Assembly (NCBI GenBank): GCA_965224465.1
Contig: OZ245049.1
Location: 5,160,001 to 5,192,000, forward strand
Direction of reading: 5' to 3'
DNA: 32,000 nucleotides
Origin: Flavobacteriaceae bacterium
Lineage (GTDB): Bacteria; Bacteroidota; Bacteroidia; Flavobacteriales; Flavobacteriaceae
Part shown: positions 1-9,278 of the stretch, piece by piece
How positions within the stretch are numbered: position 1 is the stretch's first letter
Layout: every line of letters begins with the position of its first letter
Translations under genes and position numbers: made by a program
The notes under the pieces: generated by a model
What the model saw: the letters and a program-made list of their open reading frames with translations, nothing else
What the model was told of the DNA's origin: nothing
Databases searched by the model: none

Positions 1-875
1 TTTGTGATCGAATCATTTAAAGCAAAACTAGCCATCAAACGTCCTATCATTAACCCTCCCCAGAAGAAAGAAAGAAAATAACTCGCATCTTCTTCAGAAG
101 CACCCACTATTTTATCATCTTTTAAATATTCTACAATCCAACTACCAATAGCTACTTCAGATCCTACATAAAAGAAGATAGCCAAAATACCAAGGGTTAA
201 ATGTTTGTGTTTAAAAACAGCAGCTCCTGTTCCAACGGTTTCTTTATTTTGGAACGAAGGCATTTTACTCATTTTAACTACTATTGCTAGAATAAAGAAA
301 ACAATTCCATAAGCTAAATATGTTTTACTGATGGAAAATGCAGTCAGTTCACCGTCAGAAAATACTTTGTAAATAAGGATGGTTCCAATAATAGGTCCTA
401 AGGTTGTTCCCAAAGAGTTTAATCCTTGAGCTAAGTTTAAACGACTGCTTTCTGCACCTTTCTCTCCTAGAATAGTGGCATAAGGGTTGGCGCAAATTTG
501 TAACATGGTTACACCAGAAGCAAGGATAAATAACGAACATAAAAAGGCGTAATAAGAATGTACATGTGCGGCACCAAAAAAGCTCACACAGCCTATTCCA
601 CAAACAACAAGACTGATGGCCATTCCATTTTTATACCCAATTTTATTGATTGGGTCTCTTCCTTTTGTAGATGATATTAAATAGTATATTAAGGAAATAA
701 TAAAAAAGGCTCCGAAAAACGAAAATTGTATGAGTGATCGTTGTGTAGGAGATAAGCTGAAAATGCCTTTAAAGGTATTGATCAGGATATCGTTCATTAC
801 TGTAATAAATCCCCACATAAAAAAAAGGGAAGTCAACAGTGAAAATGACTTTGAATAATTGTTTTGAGTAGACAA
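1..875 (-). CDS. MFS sugar:H+ symporter, FucP/GluP (fucose / glucose-galactose permease) family; C-terminus cut by the window edge
   Basis: Absent from the ORF track because it runs off the window. My own minus-strand translation from TTG at 875-873 (in-frame TAA five codons upstream) gives MSTQNNYSKSFSLLTSLFFMWGFITVMNDILINTFKGIFSLSPTQRSLIQFSFFGAFF... and stays open to base 1 (...GGLMIGRLMASFALNDSIT). The FFMWGF..ND.LI..FK N-terminal signature and the hydrophobic periodicity fit this MFS family. Confidence 0.7.
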   Translation of the reverse strand, partial: MSTQNNYSKSFSLLTSLFFMWGFITVMNDILINTFKGIFSLSPTQRSLIQFSFFGAFFIISLIYYLISSTKGRDPINKIGYKNGMAISLVVCGIGCVSFFGAAHVHSYYAFLCSLFILASGVTMLQICANPYATILGEKGAESSRLNLAQGLNSLGTTLGPIIGTILIYKVFSDGELTAFSISKTYLAYGIVFFILAIVVKMSKMPSFQNKETVGTGAAVFKHKHLTLGILAIFFYVGSEVAIGSWIVEYLKDDKIVGASEEDASYFLSFFWGGLMIGRLMASFALNDSIT

Positions 876-1252
876 GGTTATTGAGTTTTAATTGATTTAT
901 AAAATTGTTTAAATACGGGCATAAATATACTTTATATAATCAAAATGAGTGTTGTTTTTTATCCGAATAACAGGGGGGAATCGTTTAACGTAGCTAAAGT
1001 CAAGACGGAAGTCCTGTTTGCTGTGTTTTAAAAATCAATGTAGAAGATTTTTTAAGGGTTGTTATTGTTGTTTATTTAAAATTTGTAACGGTCGGTAGAA
1101 TTATAGAATGCCTTTTTATAGTACGCATTCGTTTTAATTTTAAGTCTGTAAACATAGGAGAGCAACGTGTATATTTAAGCCTGATATTTAGAAGTCAGAT
1201 GCGGAATATTGTAAGGGATAAAATCAAATTAGAATAATACAATTGTAAAGCT

Positions 1253-1260
1253 TATATTTG
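1253..1260 (+). promoter_or_regulatory. Bacteroidota-type -7 promoter box (TAtaTTTG) upstream of ychF
   Basis: tatatttg ends 20 nt before the ychF ATG and matches the TAnnTTTG -7 consensus of Bacteroidota sigma-A promoters. Confidence 0.4.
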
Positions 1261-1280
1261 CACCGCAAAAAAATATATTT

Positions 1281-2375
1281 ATGAAGGCAGGTATTGTAGG
1301 ATTACCGAATGTTGGAAAATCAACATTATTTAATTGTTTGTCAAATGCAAAAGCGCAAAGTGCGAATTTTCCATTTTGTACAATAGAACCTAATATTGGA
1401 GTAGTAAATGTTCCAGATCCTCGTTTGGAAAAATTGGAGGAGTTGGTAAATCCAGAACGTGTATTACCTGCAACTGTAGATATCGTAGATATTGCAGGTT
1501 TGGTAAAAGGAGCGAGTAAAGGGGAAGGACTTGGAAATCAGTTTTTAGGAAATATTCGTGAAACAGATGCAATTATTCACGTTATACGTTGTTTTGATAA
1601 CGATAATATAATTCATGTTGATACCACTATAGATCCTGTTAGAGATAAGGAGACTATTGATATAGAATTACAATTAAAGGATTTAGATACGGTAGAAAAA
1701 AAACTTGAAAAAGTTAAAAGAGCGGCTAGAACTGGAAATAAAGAAGCGCAAGCAGAAGAAGTAGCTTTAACAAAAGTGAAAACGAGTTTAGAAGCTTCGA
1801 TTTCTGTGAGAGCTATTGAACTGACAGAAAAAGAACGTGAAGAATATATTGCACCTTTACAGTTAATTACAGACAAACCGGTATTGTATGTTTGTAATGT
1901 AGATGAGAAATCTGCTGTAGATGGGAATGCTTACGTTGAAGCTGTAAAAGAAGCCGTAAAGGATGAAAATGCAGAAGTAATTATTTTGGCGGTCGGAACA
2001 GAAGCTGATATTACGGAATTAGAATCCTACGAAGAACGTCAAATGTTTTTAGAAGACATAGGTTTGTCTGAACCAGGATCTTCTAAATTAATTAGATCGG
2101 CGTATAAATTATTGAATTTACAAACCTATTTTACCGCAGGAGTAAAAGAAGTAAGAGCTTGGACTATTCATGTTGGGAATACGGCTCCACAAGCTGCTGG
2201 AGTTATCCATACCGATTTTGAAAAAGGATTTATTCGTGCAGAAGTTATTGCTTATGATGATTTTGTGACTTATGGTACGGAAGCTAAAGTAAAAGAAGCA
2301 GGAAAAATGAAAGTAGAAGGAAAGGAATACATTGTAAAAGATGGCGATGTGATGCATTTCCGTTTTAATGTGTAA
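1281..2375 (+). CDS. ychF: Ribosome-binding / redox-regulated ATPase YchF (Obg-family GTPase fold)
   Basis: 364-aa ORF. It has the N-terminal P-loop GIVGLPNVGKSTLFN, the DIAGLVKGAS G3 region and the C-terminal TGS-like tail (FIRAEV...DGDVMHFRFNV). Length and layout are typical of YchF. Confidence 0.95.
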   Translation: MKAGIVGLPNVGKSTLFNCLSNAKAQSANFPFCTIEPNIGVVNVPDPRLEKLEELVNPERVLPATVDIVDIAGLVKGASKGEGLGNQFLGNIRETDAIIHVIRCFDNDNIIHVDTTIDPVRDKETIDIELQLKDLDTVEKKLEKVKRAARTGNKEAQAEEVALTKVKTSLEASISVRAIELTEKEREEYIAPLQLITDKPVLYVCNVDEKSAVDGNAYVEAVKEAVKDENAEVIILAVGTEADITELESYEERQMFLEDIGLSEPGSSKLIRSAYKLLNLQTYFTAGVKEVRAWTIHVGNTAPQAAGVIHTDFEKGFIRAEVIAYDDFVTYGTEAKVKEAGKMKVEGKEYIVKDGDVMHFRFNV

Positions 2376-2400
2376 TTAGATGCTTATTAAAATATTTCAA

Positions 2401-2434
2401 AAAAGTCGTTTTTAAATAAAACGACTTTTTTTTG
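2401..2434 (+). terminator. Rho-independent terminator after ychF
   Basis: aaaagtcgtttt / taaat loop / aaaacgactttt forms a perfect 12-bp stem followed by a T-run, starting 26 nt after the ychF stop. Confidence 0.75.
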
Positions 2435-2553
2435 TGCCATCAATCACTAGTCATCAGCCATTAGTCACCATTTATCAGTCATTAATTTTTTATATTTTAT
2501 CACTGTTAATAACTATTTTGTCTGAGATTTTTTTATTTTAAAGATGTAAATGG

Positions 2554-2561
2554 TATTTTTG
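2554..2561 (+). promoter_or_regulatory. -7 promoter box (TAttTTTG) upstream of parE
   Basis: tatttttg matches TAnnTTTG and ends 30 nt before the parE ATG. Confidence 0.35.
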
Positions 2562-2591
2562 ATTTTCTTCAAGATATTTTTAGTGAACTAG

Positions 2592-4445
2592 ATGGCAAAA
2601 CAAGCAGCATATACCGAGGATAATATTCGGTCCCTCGATTGGAAAGAACATATTCGTTTAAGACCTGGAATGTATATAGGTAAATTAGGTGATGGTACAT
2701 CGCCTGATGATGGTATTTATATACTTATTAAAGAGGTGTTGGACAACTCTATAGATGAATTTGTGATGGGGGCTGGTAAAACCATCGAAGTTTATGTAAA
2801 AGACGGGAGTGTTACCATTCGTGATTACGGTCGTGGAATTCCATTGGGAAAAGTGGTAGATGTTGTATCTAAGATGAATACAGGAGGGAAGTACGATTCC
2901 AAGGCTTTTAAAAAATCGGTGGGGCTTAACGGTGTTGGAACGAAAGCTGTGAATGCACTATCATCTTATTTTAAGGTCCAATCTTTTCGAGATGGAAAAA
3001 CAGCAGATGCTGAATTTGAACGAGGAGAATTACTAAGCAAAGAACAAGGACAAGATACCACGCAACGCAGAGGAACCAAAATTGTTTTTAAGCCAGATGG
3101 CGAGATATTTCCAACCTTTAAATTTAGGAAGGAATATATTATTAAAATGATTAAAAATTACGTCTACCTGAATAGAGGATTGACGATTGTTTTTAACGGC
3201 GAAAAATATTTTTCTGAAAACGGATTGAAAGATTTATTGGAAGAAAACATTGCGGAAGAATTTATGTTGTTTCCAATTGTACATTTGGAGGCAGAAGACA
3301 TTGAAATAGCACTTACCTATAGTAAAGCGCAATACAGCGAGGAGTTTCACTCTTTTGTAAACGGACAACATACAACACAAGGAGGAACGCACCAGAGTGC
3401 CTATCGCGAGGCAATTGTAAAAACGATTCGTGATTTTTTCGGTAAAAATTACGATGCTTCAGATGTTCGGAAATCCATTGTTACTGCCATTAGTATTAAA
3501 GTGATGGAACCTATTTTTGAAAGCCAGACAAAAACCAAATTAGGGTCTACCGAAATGGGGGATGGCTTGCCAACTGTACGTACATTTATCAACGATTTTG
3601 TAAAAACAAAACTGGATAATTATTTACATAAAAACCCAGATACGGCAGATAAGATTCAGAAAAAAATTCTACAAGCAGAAAAAGAGAGAAGAGACCTTTC
3701 TGGAATTCGAAAGTTAGCAAGAGAACGTGCTAAAAAATCGAATTTACACAATAAAAAATTACGTGATTGCCGTGTGCATTTAGGTGATTTGAAAAAAGAA
3801 AACCGATTGGATAGCTCATTGTTTATTACAGAGGGAGATTCGGCAAGTGGATCCATTACCAAATCTAGAAATGTAAACACGCAAGCGGTGTTTAGTTTGC
3901 GAGGAAAACCACTGAATTCGTACAATATGAATAAGAAAATTGTGTACGAAAACGAAGAGTTTAATCTCTTACAAGCCGCTTTAAATATAGAAGATGGTTT
4001 GGAAGATTTACGCTATAATAATATTATTATAGCAACGGATGCCGATGTGGATGGAATGCATATTAGATTGTTAATTATCACCTTTTTTCTTCAGTTTTTT
4101 CCTGAATTGATTAAAAATGGACATTTATATATTTTAGAAACACCTTTGTTTCGAGTTCGGAACAAAAAAGATACCTACTATTGCTATTCTGAGAAAGAAC
4201 GTGTAGCAGCGATTAAAAAACTGAGAGGAACGCCAGAAATAACCCGATTTAAGGGGCTTGGGGAAATATCTCCAGATGAATTTGTTCATTTTATAGGCGA
4301 AAATATTCGATTAGAACCTGTAATGTTGGATAAGGAAATGTCTATTGATAAATTATTAGAGTTCTATATGGGGAAGAATACCCCAGATAGACAAAAATTT
4401 ATCATCAATAATTTAAAAGTGGAACTTGATATAGCAGAAGAATAA
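2592..4445 (+). CDS. parE: Type IIA topoisomerase ATPase subunit (topoisomerase IV subunit B type)
   Basis: 617 aa. It has a GHKL ATPase N-terminus ([20 protein letters not shown]), the Toprim EGDSASGS motif, SLRGKPLN and the DADVDGMHI acidic cluster. It is short for GyrB and is followed one base later by the A subunit, which matches the Bacteroidota ParE/ParC arrangement. Confidence 0.88.
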   Translation: MAKQAAYTEDNIRSLDWKEHIRLRPGMYIGKLGDGTSPDDGIYILIKEVLDNSIDEFVMGAGKTIEVYVKDGSVTIRDYGRGIPLGKVVDVVSKMNTGGKYDSKAFKKSVGLNGVGTKAVNALSSYFKVQSFRDGKTADAEFERGELLSKEQGQDTTQRRGTKIVFKPDGEIFPTFKFRKEYIIKMIKNYVYLNRGLTIVFNGEKYFSENGLKDLLEENIAEEFMLFPIVHLEAEDIEIALTYSKAQYSEEFHSFVNGQHTTQGGTHQSAYREAIVKTIRDFFGKNYDASDVRKSIVTAISIKVMEPIFESQTKTKLGSTEMGDGLPTVRTFINDFVKTKLDNYLHKNPDTADKIQKKILQAEKERRDLSGIRKLARERAKKSNLHNKKLRDCRVHLGDLKKENRLDSSLFITEGDSASGSITKSRNVNTQAVFSLRGKPLNSYNMNKKIVYENEEFNLLQAALNIEDGLEDLRYNNIIIATDADVDGMHIRLLIITFFLQFFPELIKNGHLYILETPLFRVRNKKDTYYCYSEKERVAAIKKLRGTPEITRFKGLGEISPDEFVHFIGENIRLEPVMLDKEMSIDKLLEFYMGKNTPDRQKFIINNLKVELDIAEE

Positions 4446-4446
4446 C

Positions 4447-7017
4447 ATGCAAAACGAACACCCAGAACACCCAGAGCACCCAGATAATTTCGAAAATCAA
4501 GAGACCATAACTAAAGTTACAGGCATGTTTAAGCAGTGGTTCTTAGACTATGCTTCCTATGTAATTTTGGAACGTGCTGTCCCAGCAATTGATGATGGAT
4601 TGAAACCAGTACAACGTAGAATTATGCATTCTATGAAGGAATTAGACGATGGACGTTACAATAAAGTAGCCAATATTGTGGGGCATACCATGCAGTATCA
4701 CCCACATGGTGATGCTTCTATTGCTGATGCCATGGTGCAAATAGCTCAGAAAGAATTACTGATAGATATGCAGGGAAACTGGGGTAATATTTATACAGGA
4801 GACAGAGCTGCAGCATCTAGATATATTGAGGCACGTTTGTCTAAATTTGCCTTACACGTAGTTTTTAATCCAAAAACTACCGAATGGCAAATGTCCTACG
4901 ATGGACGTAAAAAAGAACCCATAGACTTACCCGTTAAATTCCCCTTGTTATTAGCGCAAGGAGCAGAGGGGATTGCCGTTGGATTGTCTACGAAAATAGT
5001 GCCGCATAATTTTAATGAGTTGATAGATGCCTCCATTAAAATTTTGAAAGGAAAAAGTTTTAAATTGATTCCAGATTTTATTACTGGAGGAATTGCAGAT
5101 GTAAGTGCCTATAATGATGGATTGCGTGGAGGGAAAATCCGATGCCGTGCTAGAATGGAACAATTGGATAAAAAAACATTGGTGATTCGTGAAATTCCGT
5201 TTGGAACTACAACCACTTCTTTAATTGATTCTGTTTTAAAAGCCAACGAAAAAGGAAAGTTGAAAATCAGGAAGATTGAAGACAATACTGCCGCTGAGGT
5301 AGAGATTTTGATTCATTTACCCGCAGGAATATCTCCAGATAAGACCATCGATGCATTGTACGCATTTACAACTTGTGAGAATTCAATTTCGCCTTTGTCA
5401 TGTATTATTGATAATAATAAACCAATTTTTATTGGTGTTAGTGAGATCTTAAAACGTTCTACCGATCATACCGTGTATTTGTTAAAACGAGAGTTGGAAA
5501 TTCAATTAGAGGAGTTACATGAACAATGGCATTTTGCTTCTTTGGAGCGTATTTTTATTGAAAATCGTATTTATCGAGATATAGAAGAGGTAGCAACTTG
5601 GAAAGGGGTTATTAAAGCTATTGATAAGGGCTTAAAACCACATATAAAACATTTAAAACGCGCCATAACCGAACAGGATATCGTGCGATTGACAGAAATA
5701 CGCATAAAAAAAATATCAAAGTTTGACATCGATAAAGCTAAATTACAGATTGAAGCATTAGAAGAAAAAATTGCAGAAGTAAATCACCATTTAGACCACC
5801 TGATAGATTTTGCAATTGAATATTTTAGAGACTTGAAAAAGACTTTTGGAAAAGACAAAGACCGCAAAACAGAAATTCGTTTATTTGATGATATTGTGGC
5901 TACAAAAGTGGTCATGAGAAATGCAAAACTATATGTAAATAGAGAAGAAGGTTTTATAGGGACATCACTAAAAAGAGAAGAATTTGTGGATGATTGCTCG
6001 GATATAGACGATGTAATTATCTTTAAAAAAGACGGTACAATGATGATTACAAAAGTAGACTCTAAAACTTTTGTAGGGAAAAACATTATTCATATTGCCA
6101 TTTTTAAAAAGAACGATAGACGCACCGTTTATAATATGATTTATCGCGATGGACGCAGTGGGCCTAGTTATATGAAACGCTTTGCTGTTACTGGTGTTAC
6201 GCGTGATAAGACATACGATTTAACCAATGGAAATAAAGCTTCAATTGTGCATTATTTTACGCCTAACCCAAATGGTGAGGCAGAGGTGATTAGCTTACAT
6301 TTAAAAGCAATTGCAGGTCTCAAAAAAATTAAGTGGGACATTGATTTCTCTGATTTGTTAATCAAAGGAAGAGGGGTAAAGGGGAATTTAGTTTCTAAGC
6401 ATCCCATCCGGAAAATCGAATTAAAACACGAAGGAATTTCTACCTTAAAGCCACGTAAAATATGGTTTGACGATACCGTTTTACGATTAAATGTAGATGC
6501 GAGAGGAGAATTGCTGGGTGAATTTACAGCAGAAGATCGCTTGCTGATTATCACTCAAAAAGGAATGGCAAAAGCAGTAAAACCCGAGCTGACGATGCAT
6601 TTCTCAAATGATATGATTGTCTTGGAAAAATGGATGCCTTCAAAACCTATTTCAGCCGTTTATTTTGACGGAGAAAAGGCCCGCTATTATGTAAAGCGAT
6701 TTTTGATAGAGCATGTAGGGAAAGAAGAATCATTTATAGGAGAGCATGAAAAATCAGTATTACAAATTGTGTTAACAGACTATAGACCGATGGCTGAGGT
6801 GGTCTTTTCAAAACGTAGTTTAGATACAATTAAAATAAATTTTGAGGAATTTATCTCTGTGAAAGGCTATAAAGCGATGGGGAATCAATTGACGGAAGAT
6901 AAGATTAAAACGGTGAATATGTTGGAGTCATTACCATACACACCGCCTGCTCCCGAAGAATTAGATGTGACTATAGAGGATGTGTCTGATCAAGATAGTC
7001 AGGCGAAGTTGTTTTAA
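4447..7017 (+). CDS. parC: Type IIA topoisomerase DNA-cleavage subunit (topoisomerase IV subunit A type)
   Basis: 856 aa. It carries DGLKPVQRRI, HPHGD and the catalytic-Tyr context AASRYIEARL. The start is 1 nt after the parE stop (taaCatg). Confidence 0.88.
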   Translation: MQNEHPEHPEHPDNFENQETITKVTGMFKQWFLDYASYVILERAVPAIDDGLKPVQRRIMHSMKELDDGRYNKVANIVGHTMQYHPHGDASIADAMVQIAQKELLIDMQGNWGNIYTGDRAAASRYIEARLSKFALHVVFNPKTTEWQMSYDGRKKEPIDLPVKFPLLLAQGAEGIAVGLSTKIVPHNFNELIDASIKILKGKSFKLIPDFITGGIADVSAYNDGLRGGKIRCRARMEQLDKKTLVIREIPFGTTTTSLIDSVLKANEKGKLKIRKIEDNTAAEVEILIHLPAGISPDKTIDALYAFTTCENSISPLSCIIDNNKPIFIGVSEILKRSTDHTVYLLKRELEIQLEELHEQWHFASLERIFIENRIYRDIEEVATWKGVIKAIDKGLKPHIKHLKRAITEQDIVRLTEIRIKKISKFDIDKAKLQIEALEEKIAEVNHHLDHLIDFAIEYFRDLKKTFGKDKDRKTEIRLFDDIVATKVVMRNAKLYVNREEGFIGTSLKREEFVDDCSDIDDVIIFKKDGTMMITKVDSKTFVGKNIIHIAIFKKNDRRTVYNMIYRDGRSGPSYMKRFAVTGVTRDKTYDLTNGNKASIVHYFTPNPNGEAEVISLHLKAIAGLKKIKWDIDFSDLLIKGRGVKGNLVSKHPIRKIELKHEGISTLKPRKIWFDDTVLRLNVDARGELLGEFTAEDRLLIITQKGMAKAVKPELTMHFSNDMIVLEKWMPSKPISAVYFDGEKARYYVKRFLIEHVGKEESFIGEHEKSVLQIVLTDYRPMAEVVFSKRSLDTIKINFEEFISVKGYKAMGNQLTEDKIKTVNMLESLPYTPPAPEELDVTIEDVSDQDSQAKLF

Positions 7018-7079
7018 AGGTTGATGATGTAGGTGGCATATTACAAAAAATATCCAGTAAAAATCAATATATTAAGGTT

Positions 7080-7790
7080 ATGAACGAAAATCAACTATTA
7101 GAAATTGTCACGGATTACTTTAAAGAAAAGATATTTGATAATCATAAAATCAGTGCTTTAAAAAACCATTCCCAATTAAAATCGTATAAGATTAATCCTA
7201 TAATAGTTAACTATTTATCGAAAATTTTAGAGGATAATTTCAGTCCTATTGGAATCGCAAAAGCATTGTATTATCCAAGGGTGTTGGGAACTTCAATAAA
7301 CACATCATTTGGGACTAGGATTCAGAAAATGTTTGTAGACCTTAATTTAGCAGAAGGTTCTTTAATAAAGGGGATGGATATTGAATTTATAGATAAAATT
7401 GATCATCGAAAAAAATGGTGTCAATTAAAATATGGACCAAACACAATAAATTCAGAAGATGTAAGTCCTTTACTTAAGAAGTTTTCTACAGTAGCCAATT
7501 TAGCCAGAACGAATCAAATTGATTTAAACAATTCTGATTTAATTTTAGGGGTTCTTTATGGTGAAGAATCTCAATTAAGTCAGCACTATAAAAAAATTGA
7601 CAAAACACACCCTGTAATTATTGGTGCTGACTTTTGGCATAGAATAACAGGGTTTCCAAACTTTTATGATAAGTTGGTTGTTCATTTAGATAAAATGATT
7701 TTATCATTAAATTCTGAAGATTTTTTTAAGCAAGGCTACTTAGCATTGTCTAGAGAAATAGAAACTTCTGATTTGTTCAATTTTGAATAA
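7080..7790 (+). CDS. Putative type II restriction endonuclease (partner of the adjacent C5 methyltransferase); family not assignable by eye
   Basis: 236-aa ORF convergent with, and overlapping, a C5-MTase gene. No P-loop, HTH or transmembrane segment. A possible degenerate PD-(D/E)XK-like core is GMDIEFIDK...WCQLKYGPNTIN. The call rests mainly on gene context. Confidence 0.45.
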   Translation: MNENQLLEIVTDYFKEKIFDNHKISALKNHSQLKSYKINPIIVNYLSKILEDNFSPIGIAKALYYPRVLGTSINTSFGTRIQKMFVDLNLAEGSLIKGMDIEFIDKIDHRKKWCQLKYGPNTINSEDVSPLLKKFSTVANLARTNQIDLNNSDLILGVLYGEESQLSQHYKKIDKTHPVIIGADFWHRITGFPNFYDKLVVHLDKMILSLNSEDFFKQGYLALSREIETSDLFNFE

Positions 7791-9007
7791 TAGGCATTCA
7801 AAAAGTTAATAATCGAATAGCCTATTTCTTGTCCTAAATTACAAGGGACTGCATTGCCAATCTGCTTGTAACGTTGAGAAATAGACCCCATAAACTTCCA
7901 GTTGTCTGGAAAGGTTTGAATTCTTGCGTACTCTCGAACAGTAAACGGACGTGTTTCATCTGGATGACACCTTTCTGTTTGCTTTTGTGCAGGACTACAC
8001 GTTAATGTTAAACTTGGTTCATCCCAACCTATTCTACGTGCAATACCTGTTTTCCCTCCTCCTAAGAAAAAACTTTTACCCATATATTCTTTTTGAATAT
8101 CCAATGGCAAATTACGCCAATAGCCTTTTTGTGGAACTAAATCTAATACTGCTTTTTTATGATCTGGGTATTTTGAGCCTTCCGATTTAGGAACATCTGA
8201 ATCAAATAATTCTCCTTTTTTTAGGGCATCAACTAAATTGTAAATTTTATTATGAGGTTTTGGATATTTATATTTTATATCTATATCCTTTCTGACTCCA
8301 ATTAATATGACACGTTCTCGTTTTTGTGGAACTCTATAATTAATTGCTTTTAATACTTGTATAGGCATAACATTATAACCGATTTCATCTAGAATAGAAA
8401 TCATTCCCTCTATTGTCTTCCCTTTTTCATGAGACAATAATCCTTTTACGTTTTCCCCTACACAGATAAGCGGATTAACTTCTTTTACGACTCTTGCAAA
8501 TTCATAAAAAAGAGTTCCTCTTGCATCTTGTAGACCTAATTTTTTTCCCGCATAACTAAATGCTTGACAAGGAAATCCTCCTGTGACAATATCAACTTGA
8601 TTGTTATATTTAGAAAAATCAAAAGATTTAATGTCACCCTCCAATACGTTCCAGTTAGGTCTGTTTTCTCGTAATGTTTGACAAGCCCATTTATCAATTT
8701 CATTTAACGCTACACATTTAATTCCTGATTTTTCCATGCCAACAGCCAATCCTCCAGCTCCAGCAAATAATTCTAAAACATGAAACTCTTGAATTGGTGC
8801 AACAAAATTATCTACGGTATCTTCATAATCAATAAACAGTTGGTCTAATAGCGCGTTTACTTGTTCTTTCTTGTAGATTCTGTATTGACTTATAGGTTCT
8901 CTAGCTGCAGAAAACTTGCCTTCCCTATCCCAGCGTCTAAGAGTCTCTTTGCTCTTTCCTAAGATTTGAGAAACTTCATTTAAGGAATAATAATCTTTTG
9001 TAACCAT
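7736..9007 (-). CDS. DNA (cytosine-5)-methyltransferase with an N-terminal MerR/excisionase-type HTH
   Basis: C5-MTase motifs appear in canonical order: FAGAGG (I), GGFPCQAFS (IV, catalytic PCQ), GENV (VI), QKRERV (VIII), then a variable TRD with GGGKTGIARRIGWDEPSLTLT, and QIGNAVP (X). The N-terminal sequence YYSLNEVSQILGKSKETLRRWDREGKF is an HTH. The track ORF starts at TTG 9016; the ATG at 9007 (MVTKDYY...) is more likely. Confidence 0.9.
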   Translation of the reverse strand: MVTKDYYSLNEVSQILGKSKETLRRWDREGKFSAAREPISQYRIYKKEQVNALLDQLFIDYEDTVDNFVAPIQEFHVLELFAGAGGLAVGMEKSGIKCVALNEIDKWACQTLRENRPNWNVLEGDIKSFDFSKYNNQVDIVTGGFPCQAFSYAGKKLGLQDARGTLFYEFARVVKEVNPLICVGENVKGLLSHEKGKTIEGMISILDEIGYNVMPIQVLKAINYRVPQKRERVILIGVRKDIDIKYKYPKPHNKIYNLVDALKKGELFDSDVPKSEGSKYPDHKKAVLDLVPQKGYWRNLPLDIQKEYMGKSFFLGGGKTGIARRIGWDEPSLTLTCSPAQKQTERCHPDETRPFTVREYARIQTFPDNWKFMGSISQRYKQIGNAVPCNLGQEIGYSIINFLNAYYSKLNKSEVSISLDNAK

Positions 9008-9278
9008 GTTGTTCAACCTTATACATTGGTTACAAACTTACGATAAATATTGGAATAAAAAAACGTGTATCAGTATTATGTAAATAGTTTAATAATTCAA
9101 AAATGAACCCTTTTTTTAAGTTTTGCAAATGTACGAATTGATATTTATAAAAAAAATAAATTAGACGTTTGCTTTATGATTTCTTGTTTTTATGTTATAC
9201 AATTACAATCCAAAATAACCGATATAAATAGTTTATTTTACGTTCTAGCGTTGTTGAAAAATAAAACAGCTACATGTG

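Noticed and set aside
355-603. 82-aa minus-strand ORF in the track
   Set aside because: It lies in a different frame inside the long open MFS permease frame (1-875, minus). It has a Cys/Arg-rich odd composition and no start context, so it is a spurious shadow ORF.
961-1040. GC-richer patch with an aacagg...cctgtt 6-bp closing pair in the 405-bp MFS / ychF divergent spacer
   Set aside because: The single short stem encloses about 40 unpaired nt, there is no recognisable riboswitch core, and no second copy exists. This is too weak to call without comparative data.
1390-6554. Antisense ORFs of 60-100 aa inside ychF, parE and parC (1390-1572, 1613-1876, 2118-2357, 3656-3925, 4951-5163, 5784-6086, 6252-6554)
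   Set aside because: All are fully embedded opposite strongly supported conserved genes. All have the Ser/Phe/Ile-rich low-complexity composition typical of antisense frames in AT-rich DNA.
9009-9035. Possible operator palindrome ttgttcaacc-N9-ggttacaa at the MTase start
   Set aside because: The half-sites only align with a 2-nt indel, leaving a core of just aacc/ggtt. It is not convincing as a dimer-binding site on sequence alone, and it is mentioned only as context in the HTH finding.
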